Positions 1-10,761 of a stretch of DNA of 64,000 nt are shown here, piece by piece. Source of the stretch: Phycisphaerae bacterium (lineage in GTDB: Bacteria; Planctomycetota; Phycisphaerae; SM23-33); assembly GCA_018335035.1 (NCBI GenBank), contig JAGXKT010000003.1:14623-78622 (forward strand), written 5' to 3'. A program made the translations under genes and the position numbers. Every line of letters begins with the position of its first letter. Position 1 is the stretch's first letter. The notes beneath the pieces are model-generated. The model had not been told where the DNA came from and made no database searches. It saw only the letters and a list, made by a program, of their open reading frames with translations.

Positions 1-1332
1 GATCGGGCGGCGTTCTACCTGGCCAGGGCCCTGGCGCCGGGACCGGCGCGCGCCGCGCCCCCCGCTGACAAACGCCCCGACGCGCCGGATCGCGTGCGCA
101 GTCCCTTTGCCGTCACGTCCGTCGCCGCGCGCGACCTCGCGGAACACCCGGACCTGCAGCGCTACCGCGTGATCGTCCTGGCCGACGTGCCCGCGCTGCC
201 GGAGGCGGCCGCCGGGCGCCTGGGCGACTATGTCGCGGCCGGCGGCGGCCTGCTGATCGCCGCCGGAACCGATGCCGACCCGGCCTTCTACAATCACTGG
301 TCCACGCCGGACGGGATGCGCGTCGCGCCGGCCAAGCTCGCCGACGAGCGGCGTGTCTGCCCGGAGCCGCCGGGACTGGCGCCGGAGACGCTGACGCTTC
401 CGGGAATGACGCGGCTGGTGGCCCATGGCGACAGCGAGGTCGACGCCGTGTCCGTCGAGGCGTATCGTCCGCTGACGACGTTCGGCAACGCGCCGCTCGA
501 AGCGTACGGGTCGCTGACGAACGACGACGCGATTCTCGCCGGCGGGCGCTGCGGGCGAGGCGCCGTGCTGATGCTGCCCGTCGGCTTCGACGTCGCGGAG
601 ACGAACTGGCAGCGGACGTATTTCTTCGTGCCTTTCGTGCACGAATGCGCGCATCACCTGGCCGAAACGTCCGGAGCAAACTGGAACGTCCGCCCGGGCA
701 ACACGGTGACGCTGCCGCTGCCGGCCGGAACGAAAACCGCGGACGCCAGGGGCATCACCGTGGTCCGCATCCGGCGCGACCCCGACGGCGCCGAAACGTC
801 CGCCGGGCCGCCGATGCCTGTGGAGGTCGCGCAAGACGCGCGCCACGGCCCAGCCGTCCGCTTCGCGCGGACGAGCGAGCCGGGGCTCTATCGTTTCCGC
901 CTGCCCGAGCCGCTCGCGGCCGCTTGGGAGCACGCGCCTGCCGCCCGGACGAGCGTGCCATTCGTCGTCACGCGCGACCCGCGGGAAAGCCATCTCGCCT
1001 GGCTTCTTCCGGCCGACATGGCCAAAGTCGCCGGCTACCTGGACGCGTCCGGCGTGCGCCTCGACCGCGCCGGCGACGTCGAACAACTCGAAGCGATGGT
1101 CGCCGGGCGGATTCCGGGCGGTCCTCTGTGGGCGTACTTCGCCCTCGGCGCCCTGGCGGCGCTGATCGGCGAGATCGCCCTGACGCGATGGATCGCCGCC
1201 CAGCGGCGCAGCCATACCGTCGAGCCCGTCGCGTTCGGCGCGACCGACGACGACGCCCGCTCGTACCGGGCGCGCGCCAAGGCGATGGTCTCGCTTCCGG
1301 ACGCGTCGCATCAGCACACGGGACACGCCTGA
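1..1332 (+). CDS. 5'-truncated membrane protein with a class-I glutamine-amidotransferase-like (ThuA/DUF4159-like) domain and a C-terminal TM helix; first gene of a BatA-like operon
   Basis: Frame 1 is open from base 1 (no upstream stop), so the gene starts before the window. Contains a 'VIVLADVPALPEAAAGRLGDYVAAGGGLLIAAG' GATase1-like motif and a C-terminal hydrophobic helix (PLWAYFALGALAALIGEIAL). Its stop TGA (1330-1332) directly abuts the next ATG (1333). Confidence 0.5.
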   Translation, partial: DRAAFYLARALAPGPARAAPPADKRPDAPDRVRSPFAVTSVAARDLAEHPDLQRYRVIVLADVPALPEAAAGRLGDYVAAGGGLLIAAGTDADPAFYNHWSTPDGMRVAPAKLADERRVCPEPPGLAPETLTLPGMTRLVAHGDSEVDAVSVEAYRPLTTFGNAPLEAYGSLTNDDAILAGGRCGRGAVLMLPVGFDVAETNWQRTYFFVPFVHECAHHLAETSGANWNVRPGNTVTLPLPAGTKTADARGITVVRIRRDPDGAETSAGPPMPVEVAQDARHGPAVRFARTSEPGLYRFRLPEPLAAAWEHAPAARTSVPFVVTRDPRESHLAWLLPADMAKVAGYLDASGVRLDRAGDVEQLEAMVAGRIPGGPLWAYFALGALAALIGEIALTRWIAAQRRSHTVEPVAFGATDDDARSYRARAKAMVSLPDASHQHTGHA

Positions 1333-4300
1333 ATGCTCAGCGTTTCCGAACATTACCGCCTGTCTGCCGCCGCGCCCGGCTGGGCGCTGTGGCTTGTCGC
1401 GCTCGCGGCCGGCGCGGCGTGGTTCGCCGCACACCGCTTTGTGCCGCGGCCCGCCCGGCGGTGGGCGCGGGTGGCGATCGCGCTGGGGCGCGTCGGCGTC
1501 GGCTTCGCGGCGTTGCTGGTGCTGTGGCAGGCGGCGATGCGATCGGTACTGCTGACGACGAACTGGCCGCTGTGGATTCCCGCGCTGCTCGGCGCCGTCG
1601 GCATCGAGGCGGTCGCGGCGCTATACGGCCTGGAGCGACGGACGGTCTCGCCACGAACGGGATGCGCCCTGGCGGCGCTGCGGATCGTACTGGTCGGATT
1701 GCTCGTCGGCATGCTCACCCAGCCGGTGCACTCGATCAGCCGTTCGGAGAAGCACCAGCGCTCGGTCTGCATCCTGCTGGACGCCTCGGGCTCGATGGCG
1801 CTGAGCGACCCGCAGCTATCCAACGTGGCGAAGCTTCGGCTGGCCGCCACGCTCAACGTGCCCGGCGTCCCGCCGCCCGATCCGGTGGACCGCGCGGCCG
1901 GGCGATTGGCCGACGCGGCCGGCGCGCTGAGTCCGTGGGACCTGCGCCTCGCCGCGGTGGACGACGCGCCGCCCGAGACGCGCCGCCAGCGCCTGGACGC
2001 GTTGCGCCGGACGCTGCACGAAACCGTCACGGCCGCCAGCGAAGCGCTCGCATCCGTTCGTGCCGCGCTGACCGAGCCGCCCGGCGCCGTTGGCGGCGCC
2101 GATCTGGCGGCCGCGCGCGCCGACATCGACGCCGCCGTCAATCGGCTCACGTCGGTCGGCGCGCTGACCGCGCCGAACCGCGCGGCCGACCTGGAGGCCG
2201 ACGCCGCAACGCTGCGCCGTCGGCTTGCCCGGGCGGTCGGCAAGCTTTCGGGAGCTGCGGATCGTGCCCACGCCGCCGCCGACGCGCGAGGCGCGGCGGC
2301 CTGGGCGCGGCTCGACGACGCGACGCGGAAACGCGTGGAGGCCGTTGGGCAACGCAGCCGCTTCGACCTCGCGCGGCACGCGCTGCTGGCGCCGGGGCGC
2401 CTGAGCGAGCAGGACGAGCCGGTCGGCCTGCTGCAGCGCCTGGAGGACAAGGGCTACGACGTCCGCGTCCGCACATTCGCCCGGGATCTGCAGACGGTCG
2501 ACGCCTCCGACTGGACGCGCGCCTACGGCGGTTGGGACTCGGCGCTGCCCGCGCTGGAGGCGACGGATCCGGCTCGCCGGACCACGCGCGGCGGTGCGGC
2601 GCTGGACGAACTGGCCGCGCGCCGCACGATCGACACGCCTCTGGCGCGCGTGTTCCTGCTCTCGGACGGGCGCTTCACGGATGCCGAAAGCGGCCTGGCC
2701 GCGCAGGCCGCACAACGCCTCGGCGACCGCGGCGTCCCGGTCGACACGGTGCTATTCGGCTGCCGGCGCCCGCCGACGGACGCGTCGGTCCTGAGCGTCG
2801 ACGCGCCGCAGACGGCCTACGCCGGCGACACGATCGCGTTTCGCGTCCGCGTGCAGTTCAGCGGGCTGGGGGGGCATCGCGCGCGACTCGTCCTCCGCCC
2901 CGACGCCGGCGACGGCACGCCGCTTGTGGAGACCATCCGCATCCCGAACGAGCCGGACGTGTGCTCCGTCACGACGGAGCTGACGCAGGACGAGACGGAC
3001 ACCCTCGGGCTATACACCGGCACGGTCGAGGTGGGCCGGCCCCATCCCGACGACGACCACGCTGTGGCGGGCTTCGACGGCGAGGCCGTCGCCGACAACA
3101 ACGCCCTTCCGGTGGCGGTCCGCATCACGGACGACCGGACGAAGATGCTTCTGGTCGACAGCCGCCCGCGCTGGGAGTATCGCTACCTCAAGAATCTTTT
3201 CGACGGCCGGGACCGCAGCGTGCAGCTCCAGCACGTGCTGCTCCAGCCGGACCGCATCGCCGGCATCGAGCGCGACAGGCACGTCGCGGCCTCGGCGTCG
3301 CGAGCGTACGAGCGCAGCGAGGCCACCGCCCTACCGGGACACGCCAAGGCCTTCGCCGACGATGACGAGGCGTTCTTCGACGAATGGCTGGCGTTCGACG
3401 TCGTCGTCCTCGGCGACGTCGGGCGCGAGATGCTCACCAATCGCGACATCGAAGCGATCCGGCGCTTCGTCGCCGACCGCGGCGGCTCGCTGGTGGTCAT
3501 CGCCGGGCCGCATCACATGCCCTCGGAGTTCGCCGATACGCCCCTGGGCGCGATGCTGCCCGCGACCTGCGCCGAGGCCGGCGACAACGCCGCAGGCGGC
3601 GCCGGGGGGGCGTTTCGCATCGCCCTGACCGACGCCGGGCGGCGTCACGCAGCGACGCGACTGCTCGATGACACCGGCGACAACGCCGACTACTGGCGGC
3701 AGTCGGTGCCGCCGATCCACTGGCGCCGTCCGGTCGCGACGCTGCGCCCGGCCGCGAAAGTGCTCGCCTACGCCGTGGGGCCCGAGCCGCCCGGCTACGT
3801 CACCGCCGCGCGCGACACGCTCGACGCCGACGCGCTCGCCAGGCGACACACATACGCCGAGAAGAACGCGCTGCTGGCCGTGCAGAACTACTCCCGCGGG
3901 CGCGTGCTCATGCTCACGTTCGACCGCACGTGGCGCCTGCGCTACCGCGCGGGCGACACGTACCACCACCGCTTCTGGGGGCAGGTGCTGCGCTGGGCGA
4001 CGGCCGAAAAACTCCCCGTCGGCACGCGCACCGTCCGCCTCGGGACGGGACGCAACCGGTATGTCGCGGGCGAGCCGGTCCGCGTGCGCTGCATGGTGCT
4101 GCACGAGACGCTGCGCCCGCTCGACGCGCAGGAGCAGGTCGCGATGACGGTCCGCAAGGACGGACGCCCCGTCGCGGAGGTGACGATGCGTCCGTCGCAG
4201 ACGGGATTCGGGCAGTACGAGGCCGAGCTGCCAAACGTGACGCAACAGAACGGAACGGGCACGTACGAGCTGAGGTTCAACCCGCAGGACTGCTCGCCGA

Positions 4301-4623
4301 TCGTGCGCGAGATTCTCGCGTCGCAGGACGCCGGGGCCGACGGGCTGGTCGCCCGGTTCCACGTCGGGCGCAACGTCACGGCCGAGCAGCGGCACCTCTC
4401 GTCCGAGCCGGCGACGCTGCGCCGCTGCGCCCGTCGCAGCGGCGGCAGTCAGCGCCGTCCGCAGGACCTGGCCCGCGCCGTGGCGGGGATGGAACCGGGT
4501 ACGGAACTCCGCGGCCGGCCGCCGCGCGAGGTGCCGCTGTGGAGCTGGTGGCCGCTGTTGGCGGTCTTCCTGGCGGCCGCTACCGCCGAATGGGCGCTGC
4601 GCAAGAGGGCCGGACTGGCATGA
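1333..4623 (+). CDS. BatA-like von Willebrand factor A domain membrane protein (N-terminal double-TM segment, vWA MIDAS, C-terminal GATase1-like domain), 1096 aa
   Basis: N-terminal hydrophobic helices, then the classic MIDAS motif 'VCILLDASGSMA' (DxSxS). Later segment 'FDVVVLGDVGREMLTNRDIEAIRRFVADRGGSLVVIAGP' resembles gene 1. The ATG is fused to the preceding stop. Confidence 0.7.
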   Translation: MLSVSEHYRLSAAAPGWALWLVALAAGAAWFAAHRFVPRPARRWARVAIALGRVGVGFAALLVLWQAAMRSVLLTTNWPLWIPALLGAVGIEAVAALYGLERRTVSPRTGCALAALRIVLVGLLVGMLTQPVHSISRSEKHQRSVCILLDASGSMALSDPQLSNVAKLRLAATLNVPGVPPPDPVDRAAGRLADAAGALSPWDLRLAAVDDAPPETRRQRLDALRRTLHETVTAASEALASVRAALTEPPGAVGGADLAAARADIDAAVNRLTSVGALTAPNRAADLEADAATLRRRLARAVGKLSGAADRAHAAADARGAAAWARLDDATRKRVEAVGQRSRFDLARHALLAPGRLSEQDEPVGLLQRLEDKGYDVRVRTFARDLQTVDASDWTRAYGGWDSALPALEATDPARRTTRGGAALDELAARRTIDTPLARVFLLSDGRFTDAESGLAAQAAQRLGDRGVPVDTVLFGCRRPPTDASVLSVDAPQTAYAGDTIAFRVRVQFSGLGGHRARLVLRPDAGDGTPLVETIRIPNEPDVCSVTTELTQDETDTLGLYTGTVEVGRPHPDDDHAVAGFDGEAVADNNALPVAVRITDDRTKMLLVDSRPRWEYRYLKNLFDGRDRSVQLQHVLLQPDRIAGIERDRHVAASASRAYERSEATALPGHAKAFADDDEAFFDEWLAFDVVVLGDVGREMLTNRDIEAIRRFVADRGGSLVVIAGPHHMPSEFADTPLGAMLPATCAEAGDNAAGGAGGAFRIALTDAGRRHAATRLLDDTGDNADYWRQSVPPIHWRRPVATLRPAAKVLAYAVGPEPPGYVTAARDTLDADALARRHTYAEKNALLAVQNYSRGRVLMLTFDRTWRLRYRAGDTYHHRFWGQVLRWATAEKLPVGTRTVRLGTGRNRYVAGEPVRVRCMVLHETLRPLDAQEQVAMTVRKDGRPVAEVTMRPSQTGFGQYEAELPNVTQQNGTGTYELRFNPQDCSPIVREILASQDAGADGLVARFHVGRNVTAEQRHLSSEPATLRRCARRSGGSQRRPQDLARAVAGMEPGTELRGRPPREVPLWSWWPLLAVFLAAATAEWALRKRAGLA

Positions 4624-4669
4624 GACGCCTGGCGAACACGCCCGCGGGCGACAGCGGGAGGCCGAAACC

Positions 4670-7600
4670 ATGACGCGTATGCTTCACGGACAAGCCGAGT
4701 CGACCGTCCCCGAACCGATCGTTCAGACGCTCAAGGGCGTCATCTGGCGAACGCGGCGGGTCATCGCACTGCGCGGCTTGGCCGCGACCGTCGCAACGGC
4801 GCTGCTGTCGTTGCTGGTCATCATGGCCATCGACCGCTGGGTGGTGATCTTCGCGAGCTGGCCGCGCTGGTTGCTGCTGTTCTCCGCGCTGGGGGCCACG
4901 GCGGTGGCGGCGTTCTGGTTTCTCATCCACCCGCTGGCCAGGTCGTTTACGCTTTCGGGCATTGCCCGCGCCGTCGAGCAGCGGCACCCGGAGCTCCAAG
5001 AGCGTCTCAGTTCGGCTGTAGAACTGCTGTCGAGCACCGACGCGCCCGAGCTTCGCGGCTCGGAGGCACTGATCCGCGCCCTGGTCGGCGAGGCCGAACT
5101 CGGCGTGCGGGCCGTTCGCCCCAATCGCGAGGTGACGCTCCGCGCCGCGATGCCGTTCCTCATCCTCGCCGGGGGCGTCATCGCCGTTCTGGTCGGGCTG
5201 ACGATCGCCTGGCCGCGCGACACGCTGCGCCAACTCGCCCGCGCCGCCGGACCGTGGATGAACCTCGCCCACGTCTCCGGCGACGACATCCGCGTGACCG
5301 TCACCGGCGACGCCGCACGCACGCTCGACGGCGACGGCACACGGCACGCCCTGCTGAGCGGCCGGCGGCTGGGCATCCGCGCGGCGGTGGACAACACCGC
5401 CGTCCGGTCGGCGGAGGTCCACTTCGCGCGCGATCCGGACGGCGACCGGACCACCGTGGCGATGACGCCCGCCGGCGGCGACGCCGGAACGCGGCGGTTC
5501 ACGTACGCCGGAGTGCCGTTTGATCGCGGCACCTACCGTTTCGCCATCCGCGCCGGCGACGCCGGCACCGCCTGGCATCGGGTCACGGTGGTCGAGCCGC
5601 CGGCGGTGGCGGAAACGGCCGTGCAGTTCACCTACCCGGCGTACATGCACCGTTCGCCGGAGACGATCGTCGCCCCGCCCGGCGCGGCGCTGGAGACCTG
5701 GGCCGACACGCACGTGACCGTTATCGCGCGGGCCAACAAGCCCCTCCGTTCGGTAGCGGCCACGCTCAACGACTCGCCGCTGGACATCCGCCCGGGCGGG
5801 GGCACCACGTATCGCTTCGCGCGGCACTTGGCCGGCGCGACGGACCGGCGCTGGCGGCTGCGCCTGACCGACGCGTACGGCTTCTCCGCCGACGTTCCGG
5901 CAACCGTTCTGCGCGTGCGGGTCGACGAGCCGCCAACGATCGGGCTGTCGCCGGCACACGCCGATCTGGTCGACCGGGCCGATGACCGCACGCTGCGCGT
6001 CCGCCCGGGCGACGCGGTCCCGTTCGTCCACCGCGCCAGCGACGACGTCGCCCTGCGGCGGGTACGGTTGACGGTGTCGCCCGCCGACCGCGACGAGCCG
6101 ATCGTGCCGCGCGCGTGGCGCTTCGCACCGGGTGACCGCACACGCCGGCACGCGGGGCGCTACGTGCTGGATCTCGCCGCGCCGGCGCTACGCGACGCGT
6201 CGCGCGTCACGGTCGCCGTCCACGCCGCGGACGGCAAAACCGCCGACCCCGCCACCGGCCGCGAGGCCAACCCGGAGACGACCGAACGGTACACTGTGCT
6301 CGTCGACCGCGGCATCGAGGCCTCCTACGCCGCGCGCATCGCCGACAGCGAGGAACTGCGCTTGCGCAAGGTCCTCCGGGAGATCCTGAAGCTTCTCAAG
6401 GACGCTCGCGAAGATTCGAAAACACTTTTCGAGCGGCTTCCGAAGGCACGCGCTTCGGCCGCCGAGTTGCCCGACGACGTCACGCGGCGTGTCGACGCCG
6501 TCGCGGGCACGCTCGCCGACGCCCGCGCCAAAACGCTCGGCGCCGCCGGGCTGCCGATGGTATCGGGCACGTATCCCGTCATCGCCAGGCGGCTTCGCGC
6601 GATCGCGCGCGATCACGTCGGCCGGGCCGAGGCGCTGTCGCGCCAAATCCTCCTGACAGACGGCAGCGACGCCCGACTCGGTTTGGCCAGGGACGCGGAC
6701 TTCAAGATCAACAAGGCCATCGAGGAACTCACCGACATCCTCGAGCAGCTTCACGCCCTGGTGGCAACCGTCGCCGAGGCGCGCCGACTCGAAGACCTCG
6801 ATACCCGCCAGGCCTGGCTGGCCGAAGCGCTCGAGCAGATCGGCTCGGCCGGCGAGCCGAGGCACGCCCTGTCCCACGACGATTGGCAACGGATGCAACA
6901 CGCCCTCGCCAGGGACCTCGGCGCGATGGTCCGCCGGCGCCCCGAGGCGCTGCAGACCACCCTGACCGAGCGCACCGACGCCGCACGCGACCTCGCCGCC
7001 GAGGCGGCCGCGCTGCAGAAGCGACAGGAAGCCCTGGCCAAGCAAACCGAGCGGCTGGAGGATATCCGGCGGCGGGAGGACGCGGCCGGCGAGCAGCACG
7101 ACCTGGCGGACGAACGGCGCGACCTCCTGGACGAACAACGCGCGAAGCTACTCGAGGCGCAGCGACAACTCGCCAATAGCGTCTTAGAGGTGGCCGACCA
7201 ACTCGCCCGCGCGGCGCCGCAGCCGGACCGCATGCCGCTTCAGGCCGCTCGGGCCGCCGACGAAGCGGCCGCCGCCCTGGCGGGTAATCAACGGCGCCGC
7301 GCCGCCGCGGCCGCACAACGAGCCGCCGAGGCACTCGGCCAACTCGCCGGGCAGTCGTCCGGCAGCGCCGCCTCAGAGCCGCCGCGGCGCCTGCCGCGGG
7401 ACATGCAGGCCGAGACCGCGGCGCTCCACCAGCGGCAGCAGGCGCTGGCCGAGCAACTCAACGCCCTGGCCGGGGCAAATCCGGCTGCGGCAGCGGCGGC
7501 TCAGCAGCAGGACGTCGCCGCTCGTGCGGCGGAGCTCGCCGACGCAGCCGCGCTGATCCGCGATCAGGCCGAGGCACTCGGCTTGACCGGCGCGACGCAG

Positions 7601-8296
7601 CGGTTGGCCAACCAGGCGGCGGCGCATGCCGCGCAAGCGCGGCAATCGGCAGGCGCAGCGGCGCAGCAGGCCGTCAGCGAGTCCGGGCAGGCGGGTCGGT
7701 CGCCCGGTCAAGCCGGCGAGCAAGCCGGTGCGCAGCAAGGCGCACCGGGTGCGGGGCAGCCCACGTCGGGCCTGCAGCGCCGCGCCGCCGAGCAAATGGG
7801 CCGCACCGCGCAGGCGCTGAGCGAACTCGGGCAGGCGCTGGCCGAGGCGGACCCGGCATCCGAGAGCCCGCCGCCGGCACTGGTCGACGCCGGCGAACTG
7901 GCCGAGTCGTTCGAGCGGGCCTCGACCGCCGGCGAGACGGCGTTGCCGTCGGATGCCGCCGCGGCAGCGGCGATGCTGTCGCAACTGGCGGCGTCCGCGT
8001 CGCAGTCGGCCCAGGCGATGGGCCTGGCGCCCGGCTCGCTGAGACGCAGCCCAATGCACCCCCCGCCCGGCGGGCAGGGCACGGGCGTGGGGCGCCAGCG
8101 TGTCGACCATCGATTGCACGAGGCGCTGGATGAGGCGGCCGCGACGGACGAGCATTGGGCGCGGGTTCACGGGCGGCTGGGCGGCGACGTCCGCCAGCGC
8201 AGCGTCGGGCGCGGCGCGCGGCGCTATCGCGACCTGAACCGCGCGTATTTTGAGGCCATCGCCGACGAACGTTCCACGGACAGCAGCGAGGACTGA
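4670..8296 (+). CDS. Large membrane-anchored protein (1208 aa) with an N-terminal TM hairpin; the C-terminal half is Ala/Gln/Glu/Arg-rich coiled-coil or low complexity
   Basis: ATG at 4670 is preceded by a GGGAGG RBS. Two hydrophobic helices lie near the N-terminus. The last ~450 aa are dominated by A/Q/E/R heptad-like runs. Same operon and strand as the BatA-like gene. Confidence 0.6.
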   Translation: MTRMLHGQAESTVPEPIVQTLKGVIWRTRRVIALRGLAATVATALLSLLVIMAIDRWVVIFASWPRWLLLFSALGATAVAAFWFLIHPLARSFTLSGIARAVEQRHPELQERLSSAVELLSSTDAPELRGSEALIRALVGEAELGVRAVRPNREVTLRAAMPFLILAGGVIAVLVGLTIAWPRDTLRQLARAAGPWMNLAHVSGDDIRVTVTGDAARTLDGDGTRHALLSGRRLGIRAAVDNTAVRSAEVHFARDPDGDRTTVAMTPAGGDAGTRRFTYAGVPFDRGTYRFAIRAGDAGTAWHRVTVVEPPAVAETAVQFTYPAYMHRSPETIVAPPGAALETWADTHVTVIARANKPLRSVAATLNDSPLDIRPGGGTTYRFARHLAGATDRRWRLRLTDAYGFSADVPATVLRVRVDEPPTIGLSPAHADLVDRADDRTLRVRPGDAVPFVHRASDDVALRRVRLTVSPADRDEPIVPRAWRFAPGDRTRRHAGRYVLDLAAPALRDASRVTVAVHAADGKTADPATGREANPETTERYTVLVDRGIEASYAARIADSEELRLRKVLREILKLLKDAREDSKTLFERLPKARASAAELPDDVTRRVDAVAGTLADARAKTLGAAGLPMVSGTYPVIARRLRAIARDHVGRAEALSRQILLTDGSDARLGLARDADFKINKAIEELTDILEQLHALVATVAEARRLEDLDTRQAWLAEALEQIGSAGEPRHALSHDDWQRMQHALARDLGAMVRRRPEALQTTLTERTDAARDLAAEAAALQKRQEALAKQTERLEDIRRREDAAGEQHDLADERRDLLDEQRAKLLEAQRQLANSVLEVADQLARAAPQPDRMPLQAARAADEAAAALAGNQRRRAAAAAQRAAEALGQLAGQSSGSAASEPPRRLPRDMQAETAALHQRQQALAEQLNALAGANPAAAAAAQQQDVAARAAELADAAALIRDQAEALGLTGATQRLANQAAAHAAQARQSAGAAAQQAVSESGQAGRSPGQAGEQAGAQQGAPGAGQPTSGLQRRAAEQMGRTAQALSELGQALAEADPASESPPPALVDAGELAESFERASTAGETALPSDAAAAAAMLSQLAASASQSAQAMGLAPGSLRRSPMHPPPGGQGTGVGRQRVDHRLHEALDEAAATDEHWARVHGRLGGDVRQRSVGRGARRYRDLNRAYFEAIADERSTDSSED

Positions 8297-8300
8297 CGCC

Positions 8301-9386
8301 ATGGACGCCACGACCATTTTCGGGTCCCGCCGCGCGGCGATCGTCGTGCTCTCGGCGTGCATCGCCGCCGGGGCAACGGGTCGCACCGCGTCGGCCGCTG
8401 ACGATGCCGAGACACTCCCCGCGTATCACAAGCAGGTTGACGCCGCAATCGACCGCGGGTTGACGTATCTGCTCAGCAAGCAGCAGGACAACGGCGCATT
8501 CGAATGTCCCATGGAGGGCAACACGGGTGTCACGAGCTTATGCGTGATGGCCCTTCTGGCCAAGGGCTACACGCCCGAGACGCCGCCTGCCGGCGAGGCA
8601 ATCAACCGGGCGATCGATTACGTCGTCTCGACGCAGGCGGACAACGGGATGCTGGTCGCGCCCAAGGGGGCCTCGCACGGGCCGATGTACAGCCATTGCA
8701 TCTCCGCGCTGATGCTCTCGGAGGTCTCCGGCATGGTCCGCCCCGAACGCCAGCGGCGCATCGACGCAGCGCTGGGAAAGGCCGTGGCGCTGATCCTTCA
8801 GGCCCAGCGGATCAAGAAGGACCGGCAGCACCAGGGCGGGTGGCGCTACCAGCCCCACAGCGAGGACAGCGACATCTCATGCACCGGCTGGGCGCTGATG
8901 ACGCTGCGCTCCGCGCGGAACAACGGCGCGCCCGTCCCCGTCGAGGCGATCGACGACGCCGTCGCGTACCTCCAGCGATGCCGCAACGAGGACACCGGCG
9001 CGTTCGGGTACATGCCGGGGCGGAAACACCGGCTCAGTTGCACCGGGACGGGGCTGCTGTGCCTCGAACTCGCCGGACGACACGGCACGAAGGCCACGAT
9101 CGCCGCCGGAAAGAACATTCTCGACCGCCTGCCCGACCAATGGGGCGGCAATCACTTCTACTACGGCATTTACTACTGTTCCCAGGGCATGTTCCAGCTC
9201 GGGGAGGCGTACTGGCAGCCGTACGCCCGATACCTGTACGCCGTCGCGCTGAAGACCCAGCGCGACAACGGCGCCTGGCCGAGCGAGAACGGTACGGCCG
9301 GGCGGGCGGGCAGAACCTATGCCACGGCGATGACGGTTCTGGCGTTGAGCGTGCCCTATCGGCAGTTGCCCATCTACCAGCGGTAG
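8301..9386 (+). CDS. Secreted prenyltransferase/squalene-oxidase-repeat (terpene-cyclase-like alpha/alpha-toroid) protein
   Basis: ATG 4 nt after the upstream stop. A signal-peptide-like N-terminus (IVVLSACIAAGATG) is followed by repeated 'QxxDGxW/GxxxxW' style motifs (QQDNGAFE, TQADNGML, HQGGWRY, QRDNGAWP) typical of Prenyltrans/SQHop_cyclase repeats. Confidence 0.65.
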   Translation: MDATTIFGSRRAAIVVLSACIAAGATGRTASAADDAETLPAYHKQVDAAIDRGLTYLLSKQQDNGAFECPMEGNTGVTSLCVMALLAKGYTPETPPAGEAINRAIDYVVSTQADNGMLVAPKGASHGPMYSHCISALMLSEVSGMVRPERQRRIDAALGKAVALILQAQRIKKDRQHQGGWRYQPHSEDSDISCTGWALMTLRSARNNGAPVPVEAIDDAVAYLQRCRNEDTGAFGYMPGRKHRLSCTGTGLLCLELAGRHGTKATIAAGKNILDRLPDQWGGNHFYYGIYYCSQGMFQLGEAYWQPYARYLYAVALKTQRDNGAWPSENGTAGRAGRTYATAMTVLALSVPYRQLPIYQR

Positions 9387-9399
9387 CGGCGCTGCCGGC

Positions 9400-10749
9400 T
9401 CAGCTCGAGAGCATCTCGCGCTCGATGTACGTGGTGTCCCACTGTCCGCCGCGGATGAAGCGGTCGTGCGAGAGAATCTCGCGACACAGCGGCGCGGTGG
9501 TCTTCGTCGGGTGGATGACGAATTCCTCCAGCGCCCGTCGTCCCGCGGCGATTGCCTCGGCGCGCGTCGGGGCGTGAACGATGAGCTTGCCGACCATGCT
9601 GTCGTACGTCGGCGGGATCTCGTAGCCCTGGTAGACGTGGGAATCCCAACGGACGCGCGGCCCGCCGGGCGCGACGAACGCCTCGATGCGTCCCGGGCTG
9701 GGACGGAAGTGATACTCGGGATCCTCGGCGTTGATCCGACACTCGATGCTGGCGCCGTTCAGTGCCACGTCGCGTTGCGCGAACCCGAGCGTCTCGCCGC
9801 TGGCGACGCGAAGCTGCCACTTGACGAGGTCCTCGCCGGTAATCATCTCCGTGACCGGGTGCTCGACCTGAATGCGCGTGTTGACCTCGAGGAAGTAGAA
9901 GTTCCCGTCGGCGTCGAGCATGAATTCGACCGTGCCGGCGTTATAGTAGCCGACCTCCTTGGCCAGCCGCACGGCCGCATTGCAGATCGCCTCCCGCAGG
10001 TTCGGGTCCAGCGCCGGGGCGGGCGCCTCCTCGACAAGCTTCTGCCGGCGGCGCTGCACCGAACACTCGCGCTCGAACAGATGCACGACGTTCCCGGACG
10101 TATCGCCGAGAATCTGCACCTCGATGTGGCGGAAATTCTCGATGCACTTTTCCATGTACAGGCGTCCGTCGGCGAAGGCGGCCTCGGCCTCGGCGCGGGC
10201 CTGCTCGAAGCTGCTCCGCAGCGTCGCCTCGTTGTGGGCCATGCGGATGCCCCGTCCGCCCCCGCCGGCCGCGGCCTTGAGCGTCACCGGGTAGCCCAGC
10301 CGGTCGGCGACCTCCACGGCCCGCTCAACGCTCTCGACGGCGCCGCCGCTGTCCGGCGCCAGGGGCACCTCGGCGGCGCGGGCCAGTTCCTTGGCGCGAA
10401 TCTTGTCGCCCAAAGCCCGCATGCTCTCGACGCTCGGGCCGATGAACTCGATGCGACAATCCCGGCAGACCTCCGCAAAATGCGCATTCTCGGCGAGGAA
10501 GCCGTAACCCGGGTGGATCGCCTCGACGTCGGCGATTTCCGCCGCGGCGATGATCCGCGCGATGTTGAGGTAGCTTTCGGACGCCGGCGCCTCGCCGATG
10601 CAGATGCGCTCGTCCGCGAGGTGAAGGTAGCTGGCGTCGCGGTCGGCCTCGGAGAAGACCGCCACCGTCTCGACGCCGCACTCGCGGCAGGCACGGATGA
10701 TTCGCAGGGCGACCTCGCCGCGGTTGGCGATCAGTACACGAGAGAACAT
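9400..10749 (-). CDS. accC: Acetyl-CoA carboxylase biotin carboxylase subunit
   Basis: Full-length match to biotin carboxylase: '[21 protein letters not shown]', ATP-grasp core and '[14 protein letters not shown]'. 449 aa. Confidence 0.95.
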   Translation of the reverse strand: MFSRVLIANRGEVALRIIRACRECGVETVAVFSEADRDASYLHLADERICIGEAPASESYLNIARIIAAAEIADVEAIHPGYGFLAENAHFAEVCRDCRIEFIGPSVESMRALGDKIRAKELARAAEVPLAPDSGGAVESVERAVEVADRLGYPVTLKAAAGGGGRGIRMAHNEATLRSSFEQARAEAEAAFADGRLYMEKCIENFRHIEVQILGDTSGNVVHLFERECSVQRRRQKLVEEAPAPALDPNLREAICNAAVRLAKEVGYYNAGTVEFMLDADGNFYFLEVNTRIQVEHPVTEMITGEDLVKWQLRVASGETLGFAQRDVALNGASIECRINAEDPEYHFRPSPGRIEAFVAPGGPRVRWDSHVYQGYEIPPTYDSMVGKLIVHAPTRAEAIAAGRRALEEFVIHPTKTTAPLCREILSHDRFIRGGQWDTTYIEREMLSS

Positions 10750-10761
10750 GCACGCTCCTGG

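Noticed and set aside
645-3365. 906-aa + strand ORF (and the 113..679 / 1353..2450 / 1816..2715 - strand ORFs) overlapping genes 1 and 2
   Set aside because: Extremely Arg/Gly/Ala/Pro-rich translations with no domain signal. These are alternative-frame artefacts of ~70% GC. The in-frame vWA/BatA-like readings have recognisable motifs and fused stop/start codons.
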